From an uncultured Chloroflexia bacterium (GTDB lineage: Bacteria; Chloroflexota; Limnocylindria; Limnocylindrales; CSP1-4), in NCBI GenBank assembly GCA_963712745.1, contig CAVQJC010000011.1:128001-192000 (forward strand): a stretch of 64,000 nucleotides of DNA. The letters are read 5' to 3'. Shown one piece after another: positions 1 to 9,334 of this stretch. The stretch's first letter is position 1. Each line of letters starts with the position of its first letter. The notes beneath the pieces were generated by a model that did no database searches, was not told the origin of the DNA, and saw only the letters and a list, made by a program, of their open reading frames with translations. The position numbers were made by a program, and so were the translations under genes.

Positions 1-1
1 C

Positions 2-457
2 GCTGTCCTCCCGGCAAGCGCGGCATACGCCCACGACGCTGAGGTGGCCGAGGTCGACGGCAAAGCCGCGCTCACGGTCGAAGTCGCGCACGAGGCCGGC
101 GACGTCGTCGGCGCCGATCTCCCAGGCCCGCTGGCAGATGGAGCAGTGGAGGTGGCCGTGCTCGCGGGCGGGCCGGACGTGGAACTCCTCGCGGCCGTCG
201 AGCCCGTGAGCGTGACGGATGAGCCCGATGTCCTCGAGCACGTCGAGCGTGCGGTAGACCGTGGACGGGGTGACCTCGGGATTCTCCGCGCGGCAACGCT
301 CCACCAGCTCGGCGCCGGTGATGTGGCCGTCGGTGCCGGCAAGCACATCGACGAGCAGGCGACGCTGCGGTGTCCAGCGCAGCCCGCGCTCGTGGAGGCG
401 CTGGCGGACCTCGTCCCAGGAGACCTCGGGCGCAGGGGAGGAACTGGTGACCGGCAT
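2..457 (-). CDS. Fur-family metalloregulator (Nur/Zur-like), 3' end runs off the window
   Basis: Manual translation (absent from ORF track): MPVTSS...GLRWTPQRR...STVYRTLDVLEDIGLI...HGHLHCSIC...GVCRAC. Has the Fur HTH and two CxxC motifs; divergent from the ECF metal transporter. Confidence 0.9.
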   Translation of the reverse strand, partial: MPVTSSSPAPEVSWDEVRQRLHERGLRWTPQRRLLVDVLAGTDGHITGAELVERCRAENPEVTPSTVYRTLDVLEDIGLIRHAHGLDGREEFHVRPAREHGHLHCSICQRAWEIGADDVAGLVRDFDRERGFAVDLGHLSVVGVCRACREDS

Positions 458-496
458 CGGCGCCAAGCATAGCCCTTTCGGCTCGCTCCCGACCGT

Positions 497-536
497 ATCG
501 CAAGACCTTGCAATAACGACCCATCGCGAATAGCAT
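497..536 (+). promoter_or_regulatory. Sigma70-type promoter with overlapping Fur-family operator
   Basis: TTGCAA (508-513), 17 bp spacer, TAGCAT (531-536). Near-palindrome ATCGCAAGACCTTGCAAT (497-514) covers the -35. ATG 544 lies 8 nt after the -10, suggesting a leaderless mRNA. Confidence 0.65.
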
Positions 537-543
537 CGTCTCG

Positions 544-1278
544 ATGTCACTCGCGATCATCTCGCCACGCGCCCTGGAGGTCTCAACGTCGTTCGACCTG
601 CATGCGCCGGACGGCTTCTTCTCCGTGCCCGTGGCCCTGCTGATGTGGCTTGTGGCCATCGTCGCCATCGGCGTCTCGGTCCAGCGCGCCGGGCGCTCGT
701 TCGACGAACGGGCCATCCCGCTCATGGGTGTCACCGCGGCCTTCATCTTCGCCGCGCAGATGATCAACTTCCCGGTCATCGGCGGCACCAGCGGGCACCT
801 GCTGGGTGCGGTCCTGGCTGCGATCCTGCTGGGCCCCTGGGCGGGCACCCTCGTGATGGCCAGCGTCATCGCCGTGCAGTCGCTGCTCTTCGGGGACGGC
901 GGCATCCTGGCGATGGGCGCCAACATCGTGAACATGGGCATCGTGGGCACGATGGGCGGCTACGCCATCTACCGCACGGCCTGCACGTTGCTCGGTGGCG
1001 AGGAGCGAAGCCGGCTGCCGGCCGCTGCCATCGCCGCCTGGTCGGCGGTGATGCTCGGCGCGGCCGCGACCTCGGTGGAGCTGGCGGTCAGCGGTACCAC
1101 CACCTTGGCGGTGGTGCTGCCGGCGATGCTGGGCACGCACGCCATCATCGGCCTCGGTGAGGCGCTCATCACCGTCGGCGCCCTAACGCTCATCAGGAGC
1201 GCCCGACCGGACCTGCTCAAGCTGCGTGATGCGGCCCCCGCCGCACGAGGCCCGGTGCCGGAGATGAGCGAGTCGTGA
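544..1278 (+). CDS. cbiM: Ni/Co ECF transporter S component (CbiM/NikM)
   Basis: HAPDGF, AFIFAAQMINFP, GTSGHLLG, GDGGILAMGAN motifs; multiple TM helices. Confidence 0.93.
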   Translation: MSLAIISPRALEVSTSFDLHAPDGFFSVPVALLMWLVAIVAIGVSVQRAGRSFDERAIPLMGVTAAFIFAAQMINFPVIGGTSGHLLGAVLAAILLGPWAGTLVMASVIAVQSLLFGDGGILAMGANIVNMGIVGTMGGYAIYRTACTLLGGEERSRLPAAAIAAWSAVMLGAAATSVELAVSGTTTLAVVLPAMLGTHAIIGLGEALITVGALTLIRSARPDLLKLRDAAPAARGPVPEMSES

Positions 1279-1571
1279 TCCGGCGCTACTGGTGGGCGGC
1301 CGGCCTGGGCCTGGCTGCCATCGTGGTCATCCTGCTCGCTCCGCTGGCCTCGTCCGACCCCGACGGGCTGGAGCGCGTCGCCATCGACAGCGGCTTTGCC
1401 ACCCAGGGCCAGGAAGCCGCTGTCGGGATCCTGCCGGACTACAGCGTGCCATTGCTCGGCGACGGGCCACTCTCGCTCATCGCCGCCGGTCTCATCGGCG
1501 TGATACTCGTCTTCGGCGGGATGTGGCTGCTGGGCCGGGCCCTCTCTCGCCGCGCGCACCCGACCGACTGA
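1275..1571 (+). CDS. PDGLE-domain ECF accessory protein (NikN-like)
   Basis: ASSDPDGLERVA and LPDY motifs, two TM helices, GTGA overlap with cbiM. Confidence 0.9.
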   Translation: MIRRYWWAAGLGLAAIVVILLAPLASSDPDGLERVAIDSGFATQGQEAAVGILPDYSVPLLGDGPLSLIAAGLIGVILVFGGMWLLGRALSRRAHPTD

Positions 1572-1591
1572 AGGCCACGCGCGCCAGGTCC

Positions 1592-2383
1592 ATGGAGCTC
1601 GACCGCTACATCCCGCGCCACAGCCCTGCGCACCGCGCGGATGCCCGGCTGAAGGTCGTGCTCATCGCGGCCCTCGTGCTCGGCATCGCGCTGCTGCCGG
1701 TCGGCGCCTTCGGCGCGTACGCAGCCGCGTGGCTGGTGCTGGTCGCTGCCTCGGCATTCGCCCGCCTGGGGCCACTGCGACTGGTGCGGGGCTCGTGGGT
1801 CGTGCTGCCCTTCGTGCTGGTGGCCGTGCCGCTCTTGTTCACGCGCCCCGGGGAGCCGCTGGTGACCCTGTCCCTGGGCCCGTTGACGCTGACCGTCACC
1901 GACACCGGGCTCGTGGACACGCTCTCGATCATGGCCAAGTCGTGGTTGAGCGTCCAGGCGGCCCTCCTGCTGGCCTACACCACCGCCTTCGCCGACCTTG
2001 TCGACGCGCTCAGGGCGCTGCGTATCCCGGCCATCATCGTGGGCATCATCAGCTTCATGTACCGCTACCTGGCGGTGCTCACCGACGAGGCGGCACGCAT
2101 GACCCGCGCCCGCCAGGCACGTTCGGCAGAGCCGCTTCAAGGGCGGTCGGGCGGTTCGCTGAGCTGGCGAGCCCGGGTGACCGGCGCGATGGTCGGCTCG
2201 CTCTTCATCCGCTCCTACGAGCGGTCGGAGCGCATCTACGTGGCCATGCTCGCGCGTGGCTTCGCCGGCACCGTCCAGGCCCGGACATTGCCCAGGCCCG
2301 ACCAGCGCGCCCTGGCCTGGTTCGCCTTGGCGCTGGCGGCCATCGTCGTCTTCGTGGTGGCGGCCAACGTGTGGACGCTGTGA
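1592..2383 (+). CDS. cbiQ: Ni/Co ECF transporter T component
   Basis: HRADARLK, FMYRYL, ARQAR, RSYERSERIYVAMLARGF motifs. Confidence 0.92.
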   Translation: MELDRYIPRHSPAHRADARLKVVLIAALVLGIALLPVGAFGAYAAAWLVLVAASAFARLGPLRLVRGSWVVLPFVLVAVPLLFTRPGEPLVTLSLGPLTLTVTDTGLVDTLSIMAKSWLSVQAALLLAYTTAFADLVDALRALRIPAIIVGIISFMYRYLAVLTDEAARMTRARQARSAEPLQGRSGGSLSWRARVTGAMVGSLFIRSYERSERIYVAMLARGFAGTVQARTLPRPDQRALAWFALALAAIVVFVVAANVWTL

Positions 2384-3144
2384 TGAACGCGGCCGTCGAG
2401 GTCGATGCTGCGCAGCGGCCCGAGGCCAAGGGGCGCATCGAGATCTCGCACCTCCACTACACCTACCCCGACGGCACCGAGGCCCTGCGCGGGGTCGAGC
2501 TGACCGTCGAGCCCGGGGAGAAGGTGGCGCTGGTGGGTCCCAACGGGGCTGGCAAGTCCACGCTGCTGCTGCACCTCAACGGCATCCTCGCCGGTGGTCA
2601 CGGCCGCGTGGCCATCGACGGCACGACGGTGGAGCAGGCCACGGTCAAGCGTCTCCGGGCCGCCGTCGGACTCGTCTTCCAGGACCCCGACGACCAGCTC
2701 TTCAGCCCGACCGTGCGCGAGGACGTGGCCTTCGGGCCCATCCACATGGGTGTCCCCGAGCACGACCTGCACCACCGCGTCGAGCGGGCGCTGGCGGCCG
2801 TTGGCATGAGCGGCTTCGAACGGCGCGTGCCCCACCACCTCTCGCTCGGCCAGCGCAAGCGCATCGCGGTGGCCACCGTGCTCTCGATGGACCCGACCAT
2901 CCTCGCCTTCGACGAGCCCACCGCCGGCCTGGACCCGCGCGGCCGGCGGGAGTTGATGGCAGTCATGACCTCACGTCCGGAGACGCTGCTGGTGAGCACG
3001 CACGACCTGGCCATGGTGGCCGAGGCCATACCACGCATGGTCATCATCGACGAGGGCACGGTCGTGGCCGATGGACCCTCCGCCGAACTGCTGATGGACG
3101 ACGTCCTGCTCGAGGCCCACGGGCTCGAGTCGCCCTGCCGCTGA
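2383..3144 (+). CDS. cbiO: ECF transporter ATPase
   Basis: GPNGAGKST, FQDPDDQLF, LSLGQ, FDEPTAGLD; TGATG overlap with cbiQ. Confidence 0.93.
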   Translation: MNAAVEVDAAQRPEAKGRIEISHLHYTYPDGTEALRGVELTVEPGEKVALVGPNGAGKSTLLLHLNGILAGGHGRVAIDGTTVEQATVKRLRAAVGLVFQDPDDQLFSPTVREDVAFGPIHMGVPEHDLHHRVERALAAVGMSGFERRVPHHLSLGQRKRIAVATVLSMDPTILAFDEPTAGLDPRGRRELMAVMTSRPETLLVSTHDLAMVAEAIPRMVIIDEGTVVADGPSAELLMDDVLLEAHGLESPCR

Positions 3145-3175
3145 GGCCGGGTCAGCCCTGCCGCTGAGGCCGGGT
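3132..3175. repeat. 21-bp direct repeat, two copies
   Basis: GCCCTGCCGCTGAGGCCGGGT at 3132-3152 and 3155-3175, duplicating the cbiO stop region. Confidence 0.8.
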
Positions 3176-3263
3176 GAGGGGCCCCGATGACGGCGAGTCG
3201 TCCCCGACGAGGGCGGGCCGATCAGCGCTCGGCGAGGTAGGGCAGATCGAGGAGCGCTTCGTG

Positions 3264-4472
3264 CTACGGCCGGGGCCCGCTGAGCTTCACCCGGAAGATC
3301 TTGCCGCTCAGCAAGTCGGTCGCATAGAGACGCCCGGCGGCATCCTCGCCGAAGGAGGAGAGGCGTCGGCTGGTCACCTTAGAAAGCCTCACCCGGCCGG
3401 TCTTGTCGAGCACGAAGAGCCGCCCGCAGAAGTCGCCGGCCACGTACAGGCCATCCCAGGCCGGTGCCTCCGGGCCGCGGTAGACATACCCTCCGGTCAC
3501 CGAGCAGCGTCCGGCACCGCGGCCGTAGTCGTAGGTCGGCAGTATCCCGAACGTGCACGGGTCGGCTGTACCAGGGTACCGGCGCGTGCCCTCGCAGCGG
3601 TTCCAGCCGTAGTTCTGGCCCCTGCCCGCGTTCCGGCCGGCCTTGTTGGACTCGGCCCGGTTCACCTCCTCGCGCGCGGCCTGCCCCACGTCGCCGATCC
3701 AGAGATCACCGTTCTTGCGGTCGAAGGAGAAGCGCCAGGGGTTGCGCAGGCCCCAGGCCCACAGATCGTTCAGGCCCTTCTTGCCCACGCGTGGGTTCGA
3801 ACCGGGGGTGCGATAGCGCTTGGCCCCCTTGCCGTCGGGGTCGAGCGGATCGATACGCAACAGGCTGCCGTTGCGGTTGCGCAGGTCCTGGGCGTTACCG
3901 CGGGGGTCGCCACCGCCACCGCCGTCACCGAGCCCGACGTAGAGATAGCCATCGGGCCCGAACGCCAGGTGCCCGCCGTTGTGATTGGACGCCGGCTGGT
4001 TCACCACCAGCAGCACGCGGCGTGAGGCCGGCCTGGCCTTGCCCGCGCTCTTGCGCCGGTATTCGGCCACTACCGCATCGCCGTTCCTGCTACCGCCCGC
4101 GGCACGCGTGTAGAACACGTAGAAACGGCCGTTGGACCGGTACTTGGGGTGGAAGGCGAGGCCCAGGAGACCCCGTTCGCCGTTACCCTGGAGCCGCGGA
4201 TCATTGACCTCGCCGCTGATGTCGAGGAACGTCCCCAGCCTGCGCCAGGCCCCGTTCCGGTAGGTCGCCCGCTTGATCTTGCCGGTCTGCTCCACGATGA
4301 AGATGTTGCGCCCGCCGCCGGGCGCATGGGTCACCAGCAGCGGGCGCGTGTAGCCGCTTAGCACCCGTGACATCGACACGTCGCTTGACGCCGCGGCGGC
4401 GGGGGAAGCCAGCCCGGCGAACACGAGGGCGCTGCCGATGACGATTGAGAGGGCCCTGAACGTCTGCTGCAT
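3264..4472 (-). CDS. Secreted PQQ-dependent glucose/sorbosone dehydrogenase family protein
   Basis: Signal peptide; GERGLLGLAFHP, NHNGGHLAFGPDGYLY, GLRNPWRFSFD, DVGQ. Confidence 0.9.
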   Translation of the reverse strand: MQQTFRALSIVIGSALVFAGLASPAAAASSDVSMSRVLSGYTRPLLVTHAPGGGRNIFIVEQTGKIKRATYRNGAWRRLGTFLDISGEVNDPRLQGNGERGLLGLAFHPKYRSNGRFYVFYTRAAGGSRNGDAVVAEYRRKSAGKARPASRRVLLVVNQPASNHNGGHLAFGPDGYLYVGLGDGGGGGDPRGNAQDLRNRNGSLLRIDPLDPDGKGAKRYRTPGSNPRVGKKGLNDLWAWGLRNPWRFSFDRKNGDLWIGDVGQAAREEVNRAESNKAGRNAGRGQNYGWNRCEGTRRYPGTADPCTFGILPTYDYGRGAGRCSVTGGYVYRGPEAPAWDGLYVAGDFCGRLFVLDKTGRVRLSKVTSRRLSSFGEDAAGRLYATDLLSGKIFRVKLSGPRP

Positions 4473-4535
4473 GTGTGCTGCTCCTTGACCGGGTGGCTGG
4501 TGGGATGGTGCCGGTGTGACTCGCCGAGGTGCGTG

Positions 4536-5126
4536 TCAGTGGACGAGATCGTCGAAGTCGCGGCGGCAGAAGTGGCCGCTGCGCTCGAGGACCGCACCGC
4601 AGAACGGGCAGGTCGGCTGGCCGCCCGCCACGACACTGGTGGCCCGGCGCGCGAACTGCTGGGCCATGAAGGGGGTCAATCGCACGCGCAGCACATCGGG
4701 ACCGATGGGGGCCTCGTCGGGGATGTCGTCATCGTCGAGATCGGCGTCCTCGCGCACCGCGGATTCGCCCGCGCCCGCGTCGAAGGTCATCGAGCGTGCC
4801 TCCACGACCAGGCGGTCGATGTCTTCGTCCCAGGAGATCACCAACGTGCCCACGCGGAACTCCTCGGCCAGGGGCTGCTCGGGGGGGCGGTCGTCGGGGA
4901 TACCCGCGGGCCCGGCGTCGATCGCGGCCAGACCCCGCCGCTCCACCTCGTCGATGACCGCCAGCACCCGGTCGGCCAGCACGGCCACCTGCTCCTTCTC
5001 GAGCATGACCGTGGTGATGCGCGCTCCCTGCACCGCCTGCAGGAAGAACGTGCGCTCGCCGGACTCGCCGATGCTGCCGGGGGCGAAGCGGTCGGGCATG
5101 TGGAAGTCGATGATCCGCCGCGTCAT
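4536..5126 (-). CDS. DUF3090 family protein
   Basis: GESGERTFFLQA, LEKEQV, EFRVG, C-terminal CPFCG...GHFC. Confidence 0.85.
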   Translation of the reverse strand: MTRRIIDFHMPDRFAPGSIGESGERTFFLQAVQGARITTVMLEKEQVAVLADRVLAVIDEVERRGLAAIDAGPAGIPDDRPPEQPLAEEFRVGTLVISWDEDIDRLVVEARSMTFDAGAGESAVREDADLDDDDIPDEAPIGPDVLRVRLTPFMAQQFARRATSVVAGGQPTCPFCGAVLERSGHFCRRDFDDLVH

Positions 5127-5135
5127 GGGGCGAAT

Positions 5136-5567
5136 CTAGCGGAGCGGGGTCTTCTCGGTCGAGGTCGCGCCCGGCGCCGAACCGATGATGGCCTCCGCCT
5201 CCATCTCGACCTTCCAGCGCGGATCGAGGAAGCCGGTCACGACCACCATCGTGGAGGCTGGGCGTGCGTTGCGGAAGTAGCGGCCGTGGGCCCGGCCGGC
5301 GGCCTCCCAGTCGGCCGCATCGACGAGGAAGGTGCGCGTGCGCACGACGTCGTCGGCCGTGGCACCCGCTTCGGCGAGCGCGGTCAGCATGATCTCGATG
5401 CAACGATCGGCCTGGGCCTCCAGGTCGTGGTCGACGTGACCATCGGGCCAGGTGGGCGCGGTGCCGGCCACCATCACGCGATCGCCCACGCGCACGGCGC
5501 GGCTGAATCCGATGGGCTCCTCGTAGGGCGATCCCGATGAGACGAGCTGGCGGCCGACGGTCGGCAT
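5136..5567 (-). CDS. RidA/YjgF family protein
   Basis: GFSRAVRVG, DVVRTR, RPAST, VEMEAEA; SD GAGGAG before ATG 5567. Confidence 0.9.
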   Translation of the reverse strand: MPTVGRQLVSSGSPYEEPIGFSRAVRVGDRVMVAGTAPTWPDGHVDHDLEAQADRCIEIMLTALAEAGATADDVVRTRTFLVDAADWEAAGRAHGRYFRNARPASTMVVVTGFLDPRWKVEMEAEAIIGSAPGATSTEKTPLR

Positions 5568-5589
5568 GGATGCGCTCCTCCTGGCTGGG

Positions 5590-5997
5590 TCAGGCATCGG
5601 GGGTGAGGATCATCAGCCCGGCCGAGATGGCGCTGATGATGAAGGAGCCGACGGCGGCCGTGCCGATGGCTTCGAGTCCCAGCTCCGGCGGGAAGCCGCC
5701 GATGACGATGAGCGGGCCGAAGACGAGGTCGACGAGGAAGGCCACCAGGAGCAGCAGTGCCGCGTTCAGTACCAGCGAGAAGAGACCCAGGGTCGCGATG
5801 TTGAGCGGGATCGAGACGAAACGGGCGATGGGCCGGATGAAGGCGTTGACCAGCCCGAAGGCGAGCGCCAGCACCAGCAGCGTGAGACCGATGCCCTCGG
5901 CATCGTCGGCCCAGTCGACGACGACGTCGGGCAGCAGCAGGGAGGTGATGAGCAGCGCCGCCGCCACGACCGCGACACGGATGAGCCGGCTGGTCAT
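5590..5997 (-). CDS. 4-TM membrane protein, YvlD/phage-holin-4 family
   Basis: FGLVNAFIRP...PLNIATLGLFSLVLNA signature. Confidence 0.82.
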   Translation of the reverse strand: MTSRLIRVAVVAAALLITSLLLPDVVVDWADDAEGIGLTLLVLALAFGLVNAFIRPIARFVSIPLNIATLGLFSLVLNAALLLLVAFLVDLVFGPLIVIGGFPPELGLEAIGTAAVGSFIISAISAGLMILTPDA

Positions 5998-6003
5998 GGG
6001 CGA

Positions 6004-6663
6004 CTAGAGCAGCTCGGCGAGCGACGACACCTGGTGGTCGGCCTCGAGAAGCGGGTGATCCGCATCGCTGGGCACGCCGATGCAGGCCAGCCCCGCCGCC
6101 TGAGCCGCTCGCACGCCGGTGGGCGAATCCTCGACCGCCACGGCCGTCGCCGGGTCGGTGCCGATGCGCTCGCAGGCAAGGCGGTAGACATCCGGCGCCG
6201 GTTTGGGTGGGACCTCGTCTCCGGTGGCGATGCCGCCGAACCAGCCGCCGAACGGCGTCTGCCGCAGGATTCGCTCGACCAGCGACCGACGCGTGTTGGA
6301 GGCCAGGGCGATGGGCACCTGGCCGCGCAGCCGGTCGATCAGTTCGGTCGAGCCGTCGGTGATTTCGACGCCGGCGTCGATGAGGTCGCCCACGATGCCG
6401 AGGTACTCATCCTGGAGGGCCGCGATGCGCTCGGCTGGCAGCCCGAATCGGCCGGCGAAGTACGTCGCCGACTGCAGGTCGGCGGCACCGAACACAGCGG
6501 CCCGGTCTGCCTGCGTGAGTTCGTGGCCGTAGCGCTCGAAGAGGATCATCTTGGCGCGGAGCCACTGCCGCTCGGTGTGCACCAGCAATCCGTCCATGTC
6601 GAAGACCACGGCCCGCCACGGGCCGGGCAGGGTGAGTGAAGGTCGGACGGTGCTGGACGACAT
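6004..6663 (-). CDS. HAD-IA family phosphatase
   Basis: FDMDGLL, ASN, KPAPDVY, EDSPTG. Confidence 0.9.
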   Translation of the reverse strand: MSSSTVRPSLTLPGPWRAVVFDMDGLLVHTERQWLRAKMILFERYGHELTQADRAAVFGAADLQSATYFAGRFGLPAERIAALQDEYLGIVGDLIDAGVEITDGSTELIDRLRGQVPIALASNTRRSLVERILRQTPFGGWFGGIATGDEVPPKPAPDVYRLACERIGTDPATAVAVEDSPTGVRAAQAAGLACIGVPSDADHPLLEADHQVSSLAELL

Positions 6664-6734
6664 GGCTCTCCGGTGCGCGGGTGTGCCCACATCGTATCCG
6701 CAAGCGCTGGACTCACATCCCCGCGGTGTCGTTC

Positions 6735-6828
6735 GAGCGTCCCGCGGGCCAGCGCCAAGCGCCCCGCCGGCCAGCGCCGAGCGTCCCGCGGGGCCAGCGC
6801 CGAGCGCCCGCCGGCCAGCGCCAAGCGC
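6735..6828. repeat. Tandem repeat of about 22 bp (about 4.3 copies) in a divergent intergenic region
   Basis: Units GAGCGTCCCGCGGGCCAGCGCC / AAGCGCCCCGCCGGCCAGCGCC start at 6735, 6757, 6779 and 6801, with no spacers. Confidence 0.85.
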
Positions 6829-6892
6829 CTCGGCACCGTCCGTCGCATCGCTCACGGCCAGTCTGGCCCCACGAACACTAGACTTGAGAAGA

Positions 6893-8305
6893 ATGGAAGA
6901 ACGACTCGCACAGGAGCCGGTCAGCGACGCCACCCTGGTCTGGGACGGCGAGCCCATGCGTGGGGCCCCCTCGCCTGAGCTCGCCGACGAACCGGAGGCC
7001 ATCGACGAGCGCTACGATCCCGGCCGCGTCACGATGCAATTCCGCGAGGGCAACCAGGCCTTCGTGGCCATGCCCTGGAACCAGCCGCTGGACCGCTGGT
7101 CCGGCCCCGAGCTCGAGTTCGTGGACCTGCCGGTCGGCGCCAGCCGCCACACGGTCCGCTTCACCGTCGTGGACGGCAGCATCGTCGCGCTCAAGGAGCT
7201 GCCGCTCGACGTGGGCCAGCGCGAGTACGACATCCTGCGTCAGCTCGAGACGCGCGGGGCCCCGTCCGTCAGGGCCTGCGGCCTGGTCACACGAACCGGC
7301 GACGACAGCGCCGTCGTCCTCACCCGCTACCTGGCGCGATCGTTCCAGTTCCGACGCCTGTTCATGCGCTTGCCGGAGGACGAGAAGCGCTACCGTGACC
7401 AGCTGCTCGATGCCATGACCGGTCTGCTTGTGGAGCTCCACCGCCTGGGCCTGTTCTGGGGCGACTGCTCGCTGGCCAACACGCTGCTCATGCGCGACGG
7501 GCAGCGTCTGCAGGCGTATCTCGTGGACGCCGAGACGAGCGAGCTGCACGGGAGGCTCTCGGACGGACAGCGCGAGGCCGACCTCGAGATCGCCGTCGAG
7601 AACGTGGCCGGGGACCTCGCCGACATGGCCGTCCTGCGTGGCAAGATGATGGAGGAGATCGACGACGATTTCGAGGCTGCACTCAGCCTGCGCGATCGCT
7701 ACGACGGGCTGTGGGACGTCCTCCACCAGGACGTGACCATCCATCCCGACAAGCGCTACCGCGTGGACAAGCGACTGCAGAAGCTCCATGAGCTCGGCTA
7801 CGTCGTGGATGAGGTCATCCTCGAGCCCGGCGAGGACGGCACCGGCGACCTGCGCCTGCGCGTGGCCGTGGCCGGGCGCGACTATCACTCGCGCCGTCTC
7901 CGTCAGCTGACCGGGATCGAGGCCGGGGAGGGTCAGTCCGCCCTCCTGCTCAACGACCTCACCGCCTGGGCGGGCATGGGCTGGGCCGGCGACTGGGAGA
8001 CGAAGGAGGGCCAGAGCGGTCGCACGCTGACGCGTTCCGATGGCGCGCGCTGGATGCTCGAGATCTTCGAACCGGTGGTCGGGCAGCTGGTGGAGGTGGT
8101 GGGCGAGGACGTCGATCCGGTGCAGGCCTACTGCGACCTGCTTGAAGTGCGCTGGCTGCTGTCCGAGCGTGCTGGACATGACGTCGGTAACGAGCTGGCC
8201 ATCCGCACCATGGCGCAGGCCGAGACGCCGGCCGGCTCCGCCGCGCAGATGGCCGGCGTGGAAACCCCTTCGGAGCCACGTCGGCTAGGCTGGCAGCGAC
8301 CATGA
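6893..8305 (+). CDS. DUF4032 domain protein with N-terminal kinase-like (LPS kinase/Kdo-type) domain
   Basis: GASRHTVRF, ALKEL, WGDCSLANTL, AYLVDAETSELH, EVRWLLSERAGHDVG. Start codon is uncertain. Confidence 0.82.
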   Translation: MEERLAQEPVSDATLVWDGEPMRGAPSPELADEPEAIDERYDPGRVTMQFREGNQAFVAMPWNQPLDRWSGPELEFVDLPVGASRHTVRFTVVDGSIVALKELPLDVGQREYDILRQLETRGAPSVRACGLVTRTGDDSAVVLTRYLARSFQFRRLFMRLPEDEKRYRDQLLDAMTGLLVELHRLGLFWGDCSLANTLLMRDGQRLQAYLVDAETSELHGRLSDGQREADLEIAVENVAGDLADMAVLRGKMMEEIDDDFEAALSLRDRYDGLWDVLHQDVTIHPDKRYRVDKRLQKLHELGYVVDEVILEPGEDGTGDLRLRVAVAGRDYHSRRLRQLTGIEAGEGQSALLLNDLTAWAGMGWAGDWETKEGQSGRTLTRSDGARWMLEIFEPVVGQLVEVVGEDVDPVQAYCDLLEVRWLLSERAGHDVGNELAIRTMAQAETPAGSAAQMAGVETPSEPRRLGWQRP

Positions 8306-9198
8306 AGAAGCGACGACCACCGACCTGGAAGCGCGCCATCGTCAAGGGCGTGCGCATGACACCCCTGGGCAGGTCTGACCGACCGGCCGCGGGCACTGTG
8401 CGCTCGCGCTACGACGAGCTTCAGCCGCCGCCCGAGGCCCCGCCCGACTGGCAGACCGGACCGCCGGACTTCGTCATCATCGGCGCCCAGAAATCGGGCA
8501 CGACCTGGTGGCAGGGCCTGATGGAGGGCCATCTCGAGATCCATCGGCCGCACCGCCAGCGCCGCGAGCTCCACTTCTTCGACCACTTCTGGGACCGTTG
8601 GCCCACGCCCGGGCAGTTCGAGCGCTACGAGCAGTACTTCCCGCGGCCCGACGGAAGCCTCATCGGCGAGAAGACGCCCGGCTACCTGTACCAGCCGTGG
8701 GTCCCGCCCATGCTCAAGGTGGTGGCGCCGGAGGCCAAGCTCATCGTGCTCATGCGCGACCCGGTCGAGCGCTACGTCAGCAATCTCGGCCTGCTGGCGA
8801 GGGCCGGCGCTCTGAAGGGCGAGGTCGGAGCCAACGACCTGGGCACGCGCGAGCATCGCGTCGTCGAGGCCATGGAGCGCAGCCGCTACGCCACGCAGCT
8901 GTCCTGGTGGCTCGAGCACTTCCCGCGCGACCAGTTCCTCTTGCTGCAGTACGAGCTGTGCGTGGCCGATACGCAGACGCAGCTCGACCGCAGCTACGCC
9001 TTCCTTGGCCTGCGCAACCAGAACGCGTCGGTGCAGGAGATCCGCAAGGCGCGCAAGAAGTCGAAGGAGCACGTCACGCTGTCGGCCGAGTCTCGCGCCT
9101 GGCTGGCCGGGTACTACGCCGAGGACGTACGACGGCTGCGCGAGATCATGCCCGACCTCGACCTCTCGCTGTGGAGGAGCCTCCCGCAGGACCGCTAG
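8302..9198 (+). CDS. PAPS-dependent sulfotransferase family protein
   Basis: PDFVIIGAQKSGTT (5'-PSB), ELHFFD, EKTPGY, RDPVERYVS (3'-PB). Confidence 0.88.
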   Translation: MKKRRPPTWKRAIVKGVRMTPLGRSDRPAAGTVRSRYDELQPPPEAPPDWQTGPPDFVIIGAQKSGTTWWQGLMEGHLEIHRPHRQRRELHFFDHFWDRWPTPGQFERYEQYFPRPDGSLIGEKTPGYLYQPWVPPMLKVVAPEAKLIVLMRDPVERYVSNLGLLARAGALKGEVGANDLGTREHRVVEAMERSRYATQLSWWLEHFPRDQFLLLQYELCVADTQTQLDRSYAFLGLRNQNASVQEIRKARKKSKEHVTLSAESRAWLAGYYAEDVRRLREIMPDLDLSLWRSLPQDR

Positions 9199-9237
9199 CC
9201 GGCGCGCGTCCCGCGCCAGTTGCACCGGCCTGGCTGA

Positions 9238-9260
9238 TATACGATACTAGACAGGTATAC
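9238..9260 (+). promoter_or_regulatory. Promoter/operator, island motif copy A
   Basis: TATACGATACTAGACAGGTATA is 21/22 identical to 40028-40049; lies upstream of the first island operon. Confidence 0.7.
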
Positions 9261-9334
9261 ACGCATGTCCGCAGCTCGCCGGTCTGGCGGGCCCATTTCC
9301 CGGGTCAAGGCGAGGGCCGAGTGCTGGAGGGGTG

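Noticed and set aside
458-543. Cobalamin or NiCo riboswitch upstream of cbiM
   Set aside because: Only 86 bp, filled by promoter and operator; the transcript appears leaderless.
3132-3175. Direct repeat as an att site or target-site duplication
   Set aside because: The copies are adjacent with nothing inserted between them, and no integrase or transposase is present.
5590-5997. Holin as evidence of a prophage
   Set aside because: This 4-TM family is common in chromosomes; no phage, integrase or lysin genes are nearby.
6735-6828. Possible CRISPR array
   Set aside because: Units are contiguous with no unique spacers, and there are no cas genes in the window.
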